Assembly (NCBI RefSeq): GCF_004010195.1
Contig: NC_057752.1
Coordinates: 5,079,535-5,143,534, forward strand
Length of the DNA stretch: 64,000 nucleotides
Direction of reading: 5' to 3'
DNA from: Chiloscyllium plagiosum
Lineage: Eukaryota
Shown in pieces: positions 36,195 through 47,840 of this stretch. Position 1 is the stretch's first letter, and each line of letters begins with the position of its first letter. The notes under the pieces were generated by a model, which had not been told where the DNA came from, searched no databases, and saw only the letters and a program-made list of their open reading frames with translations. Both the position numbers and the translations under genes were made by a program.

Positions 36195-36930
36195 AGTGAA
36201 TTATACAATGAACGGAAGTTCATTGGGAAATGTTGATGGGCAGAGAGATCTGGGAGTGCAGGTCCATTGTACCCTGAAGGTTGCTGCACAGATGGATAGA
36301 GTGGTCAAGAAGGCATATAGTATGCTTGCCTTCATTGGAAGGGGTATTGAGAATAAGAGCTGGCAAGTCATGTTAAAATTATACAAAACATTGGTTCGAT
36401 CGCATTTAGAATACTTTGTACAGTTTTGGTCGCCACATTACCAAAAGGATGTGGACACTTTGGAAAGAGTGCAGAGAAGGTTTATGAGGATGTTGCCTGG
36501 TATGGAAGGTGCTAGCTATGAAGAGAGGTTGAGTAGGTCAGGTTTGTTTTCATTAGAAAAAAGGAGATTGAGGGGGGATGAAGGGTATAGACAGGGTGGT
36601 TAGAGACAAGCTTTTTCCCAAGGTGAAGGATTCAATAACGAGAGGTCATGCTTTCAAGGTGAGAGGTGGAAAGTTTAAGGGGGATACACGCAGCAAGTAC
36701 TTTACACAGAGGGTGGTGGGCTTTTGTAACCCGTTGCCAGAAGAGGTGGCAGATGCAGGCACGGTAGATTCATTTAAGATACATCTGGACAGGTGCATGA
36801 GTAGGTGGGAAGCAGAGGGATACAGATGCTGAGGAAGTGGGCGACAGGTTTAGACAGTAGATTTGGATCAGCTCAGGCTTGGAGGGCTGAAGGGCCTGTT
36901 CCTGGGCTGTAAATTTTCTTTGTTCTTTGT
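36195..36930 (+). mobile_element. CR1 LINE 3' fragment
   Basis: QRDLGVQVH..LYKTLVRSHLEY.VQFWSPHY..LERVQRRF; tail TTCTTTGTTCTTTG. Confidence 0.95.
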
Positions 36931-37269
36931 ATCTGTATTATTCCAGATGTCCAGCAATTCCAGCATTTTGCTTTTATTAATAGGTCTGTAGTTCCATTTT
37001 CTCTCTCCCTCCTTTCCTAAGTAGTGACATTACATTTGCTAACTTTCAATCTGCTGGGACTGTTCCAGAATCTGGGGTAATTTGGAGAACCAAGGTCAGT
37101 GCTTCCAATATCTCTGCAACAATTGCCTTTAGAATTTGAAAATGTAGGCCATCAGGTCCTTGGGGATTTGTCAGATTTTAGTACCTTAAGTTTCTGCATT
37201 GCTTTTTTTGCTTTTGTTATTCCTCACTTGTTTTAGCACCAAGGTTATTTTTTATCGATGGGATTTTTG

Positions 37270-39856
37270 ATTAGTGATAACATTATGGCTGTACTTGGAG
37301 AGGATATTCATGGGAGAACATCCAGTGAAATTATATGCGTGGAACTGAGAAATAAGAAAGGGATGATCACCTTGTTGAAAATGTAATATAGGTCCCCCAG
37401 TAGTCAGTGAGAAATTGAGAAGCAAATACGTACTGAGATTTCCGTTATCTGTAAGAATAATAGAGTTGTAATGACAGGGGATTTTAACTTTCCAAACATA
37501 GACTGGGACTGCCGTAGTATTAAGGGTTTGGATGGAGAGGAATTTGTTAAATGTGTACAAAAAAATTTTCCGATTCAGTATGTGGATGTACCTAACTTAG
37601 AAGGAGCAAAACCTGACCTTCTCTTGGGAAATAAGGCAGGGCAAGTGACTGAGGTGTCAGTGGGGGAGCACTTTGGGGACAGTGATCATAATTCTGTTAG
37701 TTTTAAAATAGTTCTGGACAAGGATAGACCTGATCTCGAAGTTAAAGTTCTAAATTGGAGGAAGGCAAATTTTGACGGTATTAGGCAGGAACTTTCAAAA
37801 GCTGATTGGGGAGGCCATTCGCAGGTAAAGGGATAGTTGGAAAGAGGAAGGCCTTCAAAAATGAGCTAATGAGAGTTCAGGGGCAGTATACTCCTGTTAG
37901 TTTGAAGGGCAAGGCTGGTAGGTAGAGGGAGTGCTGGATGATTAGAAAATCTGAGGCTCTGGTCAAGAAAAAGAAGGAAGCATATGTCAGGTATAGACAG
38001 CTGGAATCAAGTGAATCCCTTGAGCAATATAAGGGCAGTAGGAGTATACTTAAGGGGGAAATCAAGAGGACAAAAAGGGGATATGAAATAGCTTTGGCAA
38101 ATAGGGTTAAGGAGAATCCAAAGGGTTTTTACAAATACATGAAGGACAAAAGGGTAACAAGGGAGAGAACAGGGCCCCTTAAAGATCAATGAGGCTGTCT
38201 ATGTGTGGAACCACAAGAGACAGGTAAAATACTAAGCGAATATTGTCAGTATTTACTGTGGAGAAAGACGTGGAAGCTAGGGAAATAAATAGTGATGTCT
38301 TGAAAAGTATCCATATTACAGAAGAGGAGGTGCTGAATGTCTTAAAACACATAAAGGTAGATAAATCCCCAGAACTTTATGGGAAGTTAGAGAAGTGATT
38401 GCTGGACCTTTTGCTAAGATATTTGTATCATCGACAGCCACAGGTGAGGTGTCGGAAGAGTGAAGGATGGCTAATGTGGTGGTAAGGAAAAGCCAAGGAA
38501 CTATAGACCGGTGAACCTGATGTCAGTCGTGGGTAAGTTGTTGGAAGGGATTCTGAGGGATAGGATTTACATGCATTTGGAAAGGCAAGATCTGATTAGG
38601 GACGTTCAACATGACTTTGTGCATGGGAAATCGTATCTCACTAACTTAATTGAATTTTTTGAAGAGGTGACAAAGAAGATGGATGAAGACAGAATGATAG
38701 ACCTTGTATATATGGATTTCAGCAAGGCGTTCAACAAGGTTCCATATGGGAGACTGGTTAGCAAGGTTAGATCACATGTAATCCAAGGGGAGCTAGCCAA
38801 TTGGAGACTAAATCGGGTTGAAGGTAGGAGACAGAGAGTGGTGGTGGAGGGTTGTTTTTTGGACTGGAGGCCTATGACCAGCCATGTTTCGCAGTGATTG
38901 GTGCTGGGTCCACTGGTTTTTGTCATTTATATAAATAATTTCCATGTGAATATAGGAGATAGTAAGTTTGCCAATTACACCAAAATTGATGGTGAAGAAG
39001 GCTATCTCAGAGTACAATGGGACCATGATCAGTTGGGCCAATGGGCCAAGGACTGGCAGTGGGAATTTAATTTAGATAAATGTGGGGTGTTGCATTTTGG
39101 TAAGGCAAACCAGGGCAAGGCTTATACAGTTAGTTCATGGTAGGGTCCTGGGGAATGTTGCCAAATAAAGAGACGTTGGACCGCAAGTGCATAGTTCCTT
39201 GAAAGTGGAGTCACAGCTAGATAGGATGGGGAAGAAGTCATTTGGCATGCTTGCCTTCATTGGTCAGTGCTTTGAGGATAGGAGCTTGGATGTGGCTTTA
39301 CAGGACATTGATCAGGCCACTTGTAGAATACTGAGTTCAATTTTGGTCTCCCTGTTGTGGAATGTTGTTAAACTTGAAAGGGTTCAGGAAAGATTTACAA
39401 GGATATTGCCAGGGTTGAAGGGTTTGAGCTGTAGGGAGAGGCTGAATAGGGTGGGGCTGTTTTCCCTGGAGTGTCGGAGGCTGATGGGTGATCTTATAGA
39501 GGTTTATAAAATCATGAGGGGTGTGGATAGCCAAAGTCTTTTTTACCAGGATAGTGGAGTCCAAAACTAGAGGACATAGGTTTAAAGTGAGAGGGGAAAG
39601 ATTTAAAAAGGGCCTGAGGTGAAACCTTTTCACGCAGAGGATGATGCATGTATGGAACGAGCTGCCAGAGGAGGTAGTGAAGACTGGTACAATTACAACA
39701 TTTAAAAGGCATCTGGATGGGTATATGAATAGAAGGGTTTAGAGGGATATGGGCCAAATGATGCCAAATGGGACTACATCAGTTTAGGATATCTGGTTGG
39801 CAGACGAGTTTGACTGAAGGGTCTGTTTCCGTGTTGTATAACTCTATGATTCTATG
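37270..39856 (+). mobile_element. CR1 LINE ORF2 (endonuclease C-part, RT, 3'UTR), frameshifted
   Basis: GDFNFPNIDW...SDHN (APE endonuclease), [12 protein letters not shown] (RT), LERVQERFTR; tail ACTCTATGATTCTATG. Confidence 0.95.
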
Positions 39857-40175
39857 TGGACATCACTAGTTATACTAACATTTATTGTCCATCCCTAATT
39901 GTTCAGAGAGCAGTTAAGAGTCAACCACATTGCTGTTGGTCTAGAGTTTCATTTGGGCAGACCAAGTAAGGACAGAATATTTACTTCCCTAAAGGACATT
40001 ACTGAACCAAACTTTCTTTTCCTGACAATCAGCGATGGACTCATGGTCATCTTATTTCCAGATTAAATGAATTCAAATTCCACCATCCGCTATGGCAGGC
40101 TTCAAACCCCGGTCCCCACAACATTACCTAAGTCTCTAAATTAATAGTCTAGCAATAATATCACTCGGCCATCAT
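39857..40175 (-). mobile_element. tRNA-derived SINE sharing its tail with the second LINE family
   Basis: Tail CATTTATTGTCCATCCCTAATTG; head with TTCAAACCCCGGTCCCC (B box) and ATCACTCGGCCATC (A box) on +. Confidence 0.7.
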
Positions 40176-40769
40176 TGACCCAATTGCCCTCCAATTCTGG
40201 TATTTAATTTGTATCTTCTGCTGTGAAGACAGACACAAAATAATTGTTCAATGTCTCTCCTATTTCCTCATTCCCCATGATAATTTTTCCTTTTTTTTTA
40301 AAAGGGCCAACTTTAGCTCCTCTCTTTGTATTTCTAGACTTGGAAAAGTTGGACAAATGCTGGCCTAGCCAGTGACACTCATATCCCATGAAGGAAAAAA
40401 GAACATGTTCTTACAATCTGTTTTTATATTCTCGCTTAATTTACTCGTTTGCTTTTTCCTTTTTATTAATGTTTTGGTGCTCCACTATTGGTTTCTAAAA
40501 CACTCCCAGCCCTCAGACTTACCAGTACTCTTTGCAACATAATAAGCCTCTACTTTTAAGCCAAAATCACCTGAATTTCCTTAGTAAGCCACATATGACA
40601 CTTTCTTGTTGAACTTTTTTTTTCATCTGGATGTGTTTTTTGTTAACGTTTCCAGTATCAAAAGAGCAATGCCTCCCAATGCAAGGTAGTACTTTAATTT
40701 CCTATCCTGCCATTCTACTGGCCTTTATTATGCCGCAACCTTTGCCTTCCATTGAATTAATGTGGTACA

Positions 40770-41165
40770 CATATTAGTTGGCAGAGCCCTTGCCTGAGTC
40801 CAAAGACTGTGGGGTCACGCCCCACTTCAGCATATAACATAGGCTGTATTACATATTACACTACAGGAGCTACTGTCCTTTGGACAAGATGCTAAACAAG
40901 ATCTCTACTTGCTGGTTCAGTGCACACTAAAGATTCCATGGTTTATAGGGAACTGTATTCTGGCCTCCCTACTTGAGCACCACTTGAAACAACTTGATTG
41001 TTCATTCATTTCACTGCTGTTTATAGGAACTTGCTATATGAATTATGGCTTTTGTGTTTCTTTCTGTAGGAGCAGTCATTGCATTTCAAAGCAATTCATT
41101 GTATATGAAACACTTTGAGGTATTTTTGTATGACAAGGTGTTATACAAATTCACGAATTTTGTTC
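40770..41165 (+). mobile_element. Deu-domain SINE, degenerate
   Basis: tRNA-like head, GATGCTAAAC...AAAGATTCCATGG core, L2-like tail; similar remnants at ~47900-48045 plus 48680-48945, 51205-51380 and 59750-59965. Confidence 0.55.
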
Positions 41166-43105
41166 TTTATAATATAGTGGCCGAACCTCCCTCTAATTTA
41201 ACCAAGACCCACCCAATGAGGGTTGCCCAGCAGCGAATTACCATTGTGCAGTTTCAGTCTGCACCCCAGAATCCATTGTGTAGTAAACAGATTCGATGTG
41301 TTGCTTGGTTACACCCACCTCTTGCCCGAGACACTCTAATTTCTTTCAAAGTTCAGCTGATTGCTGCATCTGCTGTAACATATGACTCAATGCATATATG
41401 GCTGTGTGCGTGGCTGTCTTGAGTTTTGGAGGAAACTAGAACAGCTGTTACCTGAAGCGAGCATAATCTAGGCAGTGCAAATTAAGAGGAATTATTTGTT
41501 ACCTCTCATATGGAATTGGCTAGTTTAAGCACGAGTACAAATTATTAGCAGTTTTGTGTCATGGACTTAGGCTCATGAAAAGACTGGGTGAGACAACTCC
41601 ACACATAGGTTTTTAAGCCCATTGTTCTGGGCTGCATTTGCACTCGTGAGCCAGAGGTAGGGTTGCTGAACCTCCTGTTTTTTCAAAATAACCAATGGTC
41701 CATAATGCAATGATAATGTTTGTATTTCTCATTCTTTCCTGCAACAATCATGGACAGAACGAGAGGTTCCAACTATCTCCCTCTACTGATCCATGTGTAA
41801 AACCACAATGATAGAAGGGAAAGGTGTAAAGTGAAGGTGCCCGTTGTGTTTAATGCATTTTGCAAAATTCCTTCCACTTCCATACTTCTATCCTCCTCTC
41901 CTGAAGACATTGACTCTCCCTCCACAACCTTGCCGATTCTTCAGGTGTCAACTTTGATAACTAGTGCTGGAGAGGTGTTGACAGCACAATCAAAAACACG
42001 TGCTTTCTTTCAATTAATGCCCACCTTTCATGAGGTTTTATCAGATAGTGTTTCGCAGAAGAAACCTATGTTCTCTTTTCTTGCACATTAGCCTGCCATA
42101 CTAAGGCGAACCATGATGTCTCCAAAAACCATGAACAGCACAGATTAAGGTTTCAACCTGCAATTTTCCTCATTTCACAAGGTGGTGCATTTACACACTG
42201 AGCCATTGAGAGTGCTCAATGCAAGTGTCATTGAACTGACGTTTTCTCAGCTGTCATTTACCACAGCAGACCAAATGAAAATGGTAGATAATTCTTCAGT
42301 AATCCAAAAAAAAACTACAGCAACATAATCAAAGCTCCCTTCAATGCTGTCACAAATCAAAAGTTTTTTTTATTCAAGAACACAGAAATGGAAAGAGAAA
42401 CTGTTGCCAAGTTTCACCTCACAGTGTCAGGTCCAGGACCAAGGCTGGAACATTCTGAATAATGAAAACCTAATTAAAGATACAGCAAACACACACGTAT
42501 TATCAATAACAAGCAATGGACAGGACCAATTAGAAGGCTTTAATCTATTTTTGGAAGGGTCAGCTGTTGTTCATAAACCACTTGAGTTTTTTTCCCATGA
42601 TTTCTGATGCAATCTGAACCATTCAATTAGATTACAACCTTGCAATCCACTCGCTCCTGGCTATCTATTTATCCTGTATTTAATACTGAGTGTTCAGGTA
42701 AAGCATCATAATCACAGCAGATTACAATCAGTGATAGATTTCTATCCATGTCACAAGCCTCTAGTTGTCAATCCTCATGTTATTGCGCTATCAAGGATAT
42801 AAACTGGGTATTGCTATTAGGCATTGAATATAGAATTTTTTAAACTGCACAAACAGAATAATACATATTACAAGTTTAAGATGCTCATCTCTTAATCTCT
42901 CTGAGGTGTGCACTGTCATATTTCACACATTAAAACAGCAATACAGTGAGATGTGGGAAGGCTAAGTGCATGTGGAAGCATACCCCCTATAAACATGAAA
43001 TCTTTTGGAGAGATGAGGTTACAAAAATGTAACTCTCTCAGTTGAAGTGATTGCTTGGACATTTCAGATTACGATTTTATAACAATTATAATATTTGTAG
43101 GGTAT

Positions 43106-43704
43106 GGTGTGTCATGGCACAGTGGACAGTGTCCCTGTCTGAGTCAAGAGCTCTGCCTTTCAGTCCCACTTAGAATTAATATAAGGTGTGTTCTTAATGC
43201 AACCAAAAACATTAGTTATCAATTTGTAAATCCTTCCAATTCACCTATTGCTGGTGATAGGAGTCAGAGAGTCTCTGCTCATCCATGCTTGATGTGGAAT
43301 AATCTTTTTTTGGGAAGATCTAGCAATGGAAATAGATGTAAGCATATGTTTTGTCTGCCTCATATACCACAAAGTGCGATAAGAGAAAATATGAAGATAG
43401 TGCGTTACAGATCACTCAGGAAGTCTGAGTTGCTATGACAACATGCACTTTCACAGTCACGTCTGGAGCTATGGAGAGGGAAGGTAGAAGTTCCAACCTT
43501 CTTTCCATTACATGACTGATCAAGAATCTCTCTCATTCTTATCACCTGCCACTGAAGAGTGTTGGAATGGATTTGTAATTTTATCTTAGACCTATTTGGC
43601 TGCATTATGAATGCACCTTGACCATTAAATCCTAGAATGGGACTGAACCCAGAGCTTCTGGTTCAGGAGCAGGGACACTTCCCAGTGTGTCACAAGACCT
43701 CTAC
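43106..43704. mobile_element. Two convergent copies of one tRNA-derived SINE bounded by a 13-bp direct repeat
   Basis: Arms ~43106-43290(+) and ~43510-43704(-) align; ATTTGTAGGGTAT at 43093-43105 and 43705-43717. Confidence 0.65.
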
Positions 43705-44114
43705 ATTTGTAGGGTATATTATGCCTGTACTTTGCAGTGCTCCTCTCACTTAGAGTCATACTACAGTTCCAATCACATGTTACAAATATTGCTTCAGTTG
43801 AAGTGACATGATTAAAAAGAAGTCTCTTACTTATTATTGTCCTAATTCCCTCAAGATAACATCTGATTGGAACTGGAAATGGCCCAAAAGCTGTTCAGAA
43901 TCCCTACCCTAGTTGGTGCTAAGCAACCTGTTGATTTCCAAATCTGAAAATAGCAACCTAACGCCACCACTATGCCAACTCGAGGGAACAATAGTGGAAC
44001 TGGCTGTGTGAAGCTGCAGCATCAGTGAGAATAACAGCTGTCATTGTTGGTGGCTGCTACCACATATTGAGAAACATTTAGCTACTATGATGGCATACAT
44101 GGAAATCTTTGTAG

Positions 44115-44550
44115 AGTTGCATAAGTACAGAAGGACACCATTTGGCCCTTTGAGCTTATTCTGTCATTCAGTTGGATGATAGCTCAAATCCACTTTGCTC
44201 TGTATACATGATCTAACAAAATTCTAGTGATCTCAGTCTTAAAAATGTCAATTTTCTCAGAATCCACAACCTGTTGGGGCTGAGAATTCCTGTTTCCTGC
44301 GTTTACTCCAAAACAGCTTCAATTTTGTATCCCTTTCTTCTGGAGTTTCCCTCGACGAAATAATTTCACTGAATCTTTTTATAATTTTAAACACCTTGAT
44401 TAGGTCATAATAACCACTAAATTTAATGAAATACCATCTAAATTTATGCAAATTATACTTTGTAAGCCCAGTATTATTCTGTGAATCTGCACTGTACCTT
44501 CAAGGCCAATATATCTTTTCTGAGGTTCAGCATGGAAAATTGTACGGTTC
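44115..44550 (-). mobile_element. Degenerate CR1 3' fragment
   Basis: DLIKVFKIIK coding trace and a CR1-like 3'UTR. Confidence 0.55.
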
Positions 44551-44604
44551 TCCATGGCTCCTGATTGTTGGTGACATTCTTGTTTGTCTAATTCAAATGC
44601 TGTA

Positions 44605-44913
44605 GGGTGGCATAGTGGTTAGTACTGCTGCCTCACAGCACCAGAGACCCCAGGTTCAATTCCACCCTCAGGTGACCGCCTGTGTGGAGTCTGCATGTTC
44701 TTCCCATGTCTTTGTGGGTTTCCACTGGGTACTCTGGTTTCCTCACACAGTCCAAAGATGTGTATGTTAGGTAGATTGGCCGTGCTAAATTACTCATAGT
44801 GTCCAGGTGGGTTAGCCATGGGAAATGTAGGATAGGGGGCTGGGATACTTTTAGGTGGGTTGGTATGGACTCAATAGGCCAAATGGCCTGCTGTCACTCT
44901 AAGGATCCTATGA
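44605..44913 (+). mobile_element. HE1/V-type SINE
   Basis: TGGCATAGTGGTTAGTACTGCTGCCTCACAGC..GGTTCAATTCC head and V-domain. Confidence 0.85.
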
Positions 44914-44982
44914 AATCCAAACGGGATGACTTCATGCTCCTTTACATTGAACTCTATCTGTCATTGTACACAAATGGAGATA

Positions 44983-45130
44983 GTCAGCATCTGTGGGGAG
45001 AGAAGCAGAATGAATGTTTTGACCCTTCTTCAGAACTGAGTTCCAAATAAGAGCCATACAGGAGTCAAAACATTAACCCTGTTTCTCCTTCCACAGATGC
45101 TTCCAGACTCACTGGGTTTCTCCAGTGTAC
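44983..45130. mobile_element. Penelope-derived palindromic repeat, degenerate
   Basis: CAGCATCTGTGG..GAGAAGCAG / CTGTTTCTC..CCACAGATGCT arms; GACCCTTCTTCAG is CTGAAGAAGGGTC on the minus strand. Confidence 0.6.
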
Positions 45131-46569
45131 TCTGTGATTGTTTGTGATGAAGAATAACCACTTGTGATGTACTATTATTCTGGCACCTATAGAACCAAAC
45201 CTTAGCATTCAAAAGAGACATGGAGCAAATTGGAAACCTTTTAAAAAGAATCAGTCTATAACCTTGGATTACTCTTGTAAATAAGTAGAGAGATTTTTTA
45301 ATGAATGTGAAAGAATTGGAACTTATGAAAGCAGGAAAATAAGCTGCATTGTTTTTTTGTGCTTTGTACAACTGAAATGAATGCCTGAAATTCATGGCTC
45401 TGCTCTGTGTTGTGTGGATTCCCGGCTCCATTCAGCACATCCCGATACTTGCAATAGAACCACACTAGGCATTGTAAGCCAACTATTAACAGTTAGTTCA
45501 CACACTGTGCATGTTACATCAGTTCGAAGCAGTATTTCTATAGAGATACATGCACAAAATGTTCTCCAGAAAAGCAAAGGGTCAATTTGTGCTAATTCAG
45601 CCACTGAACTAAAGAGGATGCCACTGTTTGTCCATGAGATAGAAAAGCTATTCTAGTTGGGGGTCTGACTTTATTATTAATGACTGGGTTTGCTTCATAG
45701 ACAAATGTATGGTATTCTATTTATGTCAAAAGGGTGCTAGCAAGTTTGGATTATTTATTGTTGAAATCTTATCTTCCTTCCGATTTATGATGGCATACTG
45801 TTTTACAGGCAACAAATTACACTCTTTAACTTCAGCCAAATAGTCATCCTTTGCGTCTGAGTCTGGACAGTTGACTGCTGACAGGCTATTCAACTGAAAT
45901 GTGCATCCACAGATGAGCTCAGTTCTGCCCTTGTCAAATGTCCACACATTTCTATGTTCCAGAAGGGGTCATTGGACAGTGGATCAGGAGTGCGCATTGT
46001 AGAGCTCTAAGCACTGTTCAGTTGAGATCAGATGACTCATCAGTGACCAAGTGTGCAAGTTTCCTGCTTTACATGGTTCAGTAGGACAACATGAGGTGCA
46101 GTTATGCAACTGTATTGTCCCAAGTGCTGTTCCAGCTGAGATTGGCACAACAAGGAATTGAATCTTCTCTAGCTCAGCAACACATGAAATACCAACTTGT
46201 CATGCAGTGCTATGATATTCTGATGAGGCACTTCCAAGGCTCCATGCAGCTTTTCTCCTGTATGTTTCTCATCAGCTTTTACTCCATCTTGTTCTGTGTA
46301 TACAGGTGTGAAGACAGCAAAGTTGCATTTCTGTGTTCATTATTTCAATGAAATAATTATTCAACTTCATTTAAACAGGTCAATTATTTTCTTAAAAATG
46401 ACAAACACAGGAAATCACTCAGACTCCACCAATTCATCAAAAATAATACAGGGCGGAATTTCTCTCCTCAAGAAATTTGGAAAATAATTAAAGTTTCCTT
46501 GTTCTTACAATCATCAATTGGAAAACAAGGAAGGGTTTAATCCAAAATTATAAAGTAAAATGTGTATGT

Positions 46570-47260
46570 TAGTTTGCTGTCATTCCATCTCTCTGTCTAT
46601 TTGATTCACTGTGTACTGTCATCTACCTTTGCTCTTTGTTTCTATGCCTCTTTGATTTCTTGCAACTTCTGTGTACAGTTGTTACTGCCCTCTCTCTGAC
46701 ATTTCAGTATTGTTTATTTGCTCAATCATTCTCTCTGCCTGTTTCCATCACTTGCATGTGCTGCCATTTAAGATTCTTCCCACTGTTGTCTCAGCTCTGT
46801 GATTCGCCCTACCATGCCTTCTTTCTGCCAATCCTTTGCTTTTAAAAAAAAGCGCTATCACATTTCTGATTCTTTTCCTGATATCTCTGTTTTCTTTTGT
46901 GAGATTTGTAATGTTTGATTGTGATTTTTTTTCTGCCTGTTCTCCTCTGTGATTCTTTCTCTTGGCTATGCCTGTGTTTCTTTGCTTTTACTCTCTTCTA
47001 TACCTGTGAACCTTTCTTCCTCTACTTTGTGAGTGCCCTTCATATAATTCTATCTCACTCTGCTCTTTCTGTGACATATTTCTGTCAGTATATTGTTTCT
47101 ACGACTGTTTTATTTTCCCTTGTGGTTTCTTTCATGTCTTTCCTCCGATTCTCTCGTGATTTTTTCTTCCTTCTACCACATCTATGGTTGTACCTTTCTC
47201 CCTGCAGTTTATTTGATTTTTGTTTTATCCTCTGGTGATTCTTTGCTTTATCTTTGTTAA
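46570..47260. repeat. Pyrimidine-rich low-complexity tract
   Basis: About 700 bp strongly skewed to T/C on +, with recurring CTGTGATT and TTCTCT motifs. Confidence 0.6.
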
Positions 47261-47742
47261 TAATTCATTGTTTGAAGGCTTTCAACATTTTTCAATATAA
47301 CGAAGCCTTATATGAATAAGGGAATACCTTTCAAGAATGCACTACATATTATGAAATTGTGTAGAAATTATGTTTTCTTTACTATAGGATCACCTCACAT
47401 CATTATGGTCATTTTGGAAAATTGTCAGGAGTGTAGGAATGGGTAAGTAGAATCAGCAATTTCGGTGAATTTGTCATATCCACGATTGACTTTAAATCCC
47501 AGCTAATAACATAAATCTGTGATGATCAGAGCAATGCTTTGGGCCTATAACTGGATGTCCAAAAAAACCAGAATAATTTCATGGCAAAAAGTTGTTATTT
47601 AAGGCTCATTGGCCACTTTCGAGCTGAAGTAGTATGAATGAAGAAGAAAGTTTCAAAATTGGTTTGGAAGAATGTGAGAATAATTAGCCTTTCTACTGAC
47701 CATAGGTTTGATTCAGCAAAAAAACAAAATCTGAAAGTTATT

Positions 47743-47840
47743 TAGAGTCATAGAGAAGTACAGCACAGAAACAGACCCTTCGGTCCAACTCGTCCATGCC
47801 GACCAAATACCCTAACCTAATCTAGTCCCATTTGCCAGCA
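47743..47840 (-). mobile_element. CR1 extreme 3' end (~100 bp)
   Basis: AGAGTCATAGAG..TACAGCACAGAAACAGACCCTTCGGTCCAACTCGTCC...GTCCCATTTGCCAGCA, same subfamily as the 17279 copy. Confidence 0.9.

Larger units (their letters stand above)
35270..40600 (-). mobile_element. Old minus-strand CR1 broken into pieces by younger insertions
   Basis: Collinear pieces: 3'UTR ~35270-35410, RT ~35450-35705 (TACCTTATCAAATGCCTT), ~36045-36190, ~36970-37200 (CCATCAGGTCCT), ~40200-40600 (GETLNNYFVSVFTAED). Confidence 0.6.

Noticed and set aside
46636..47238. Hydrophobic membrane-protein-like ORFs
   Set aside because: By-product of a T/C-rich low-complexity tract.
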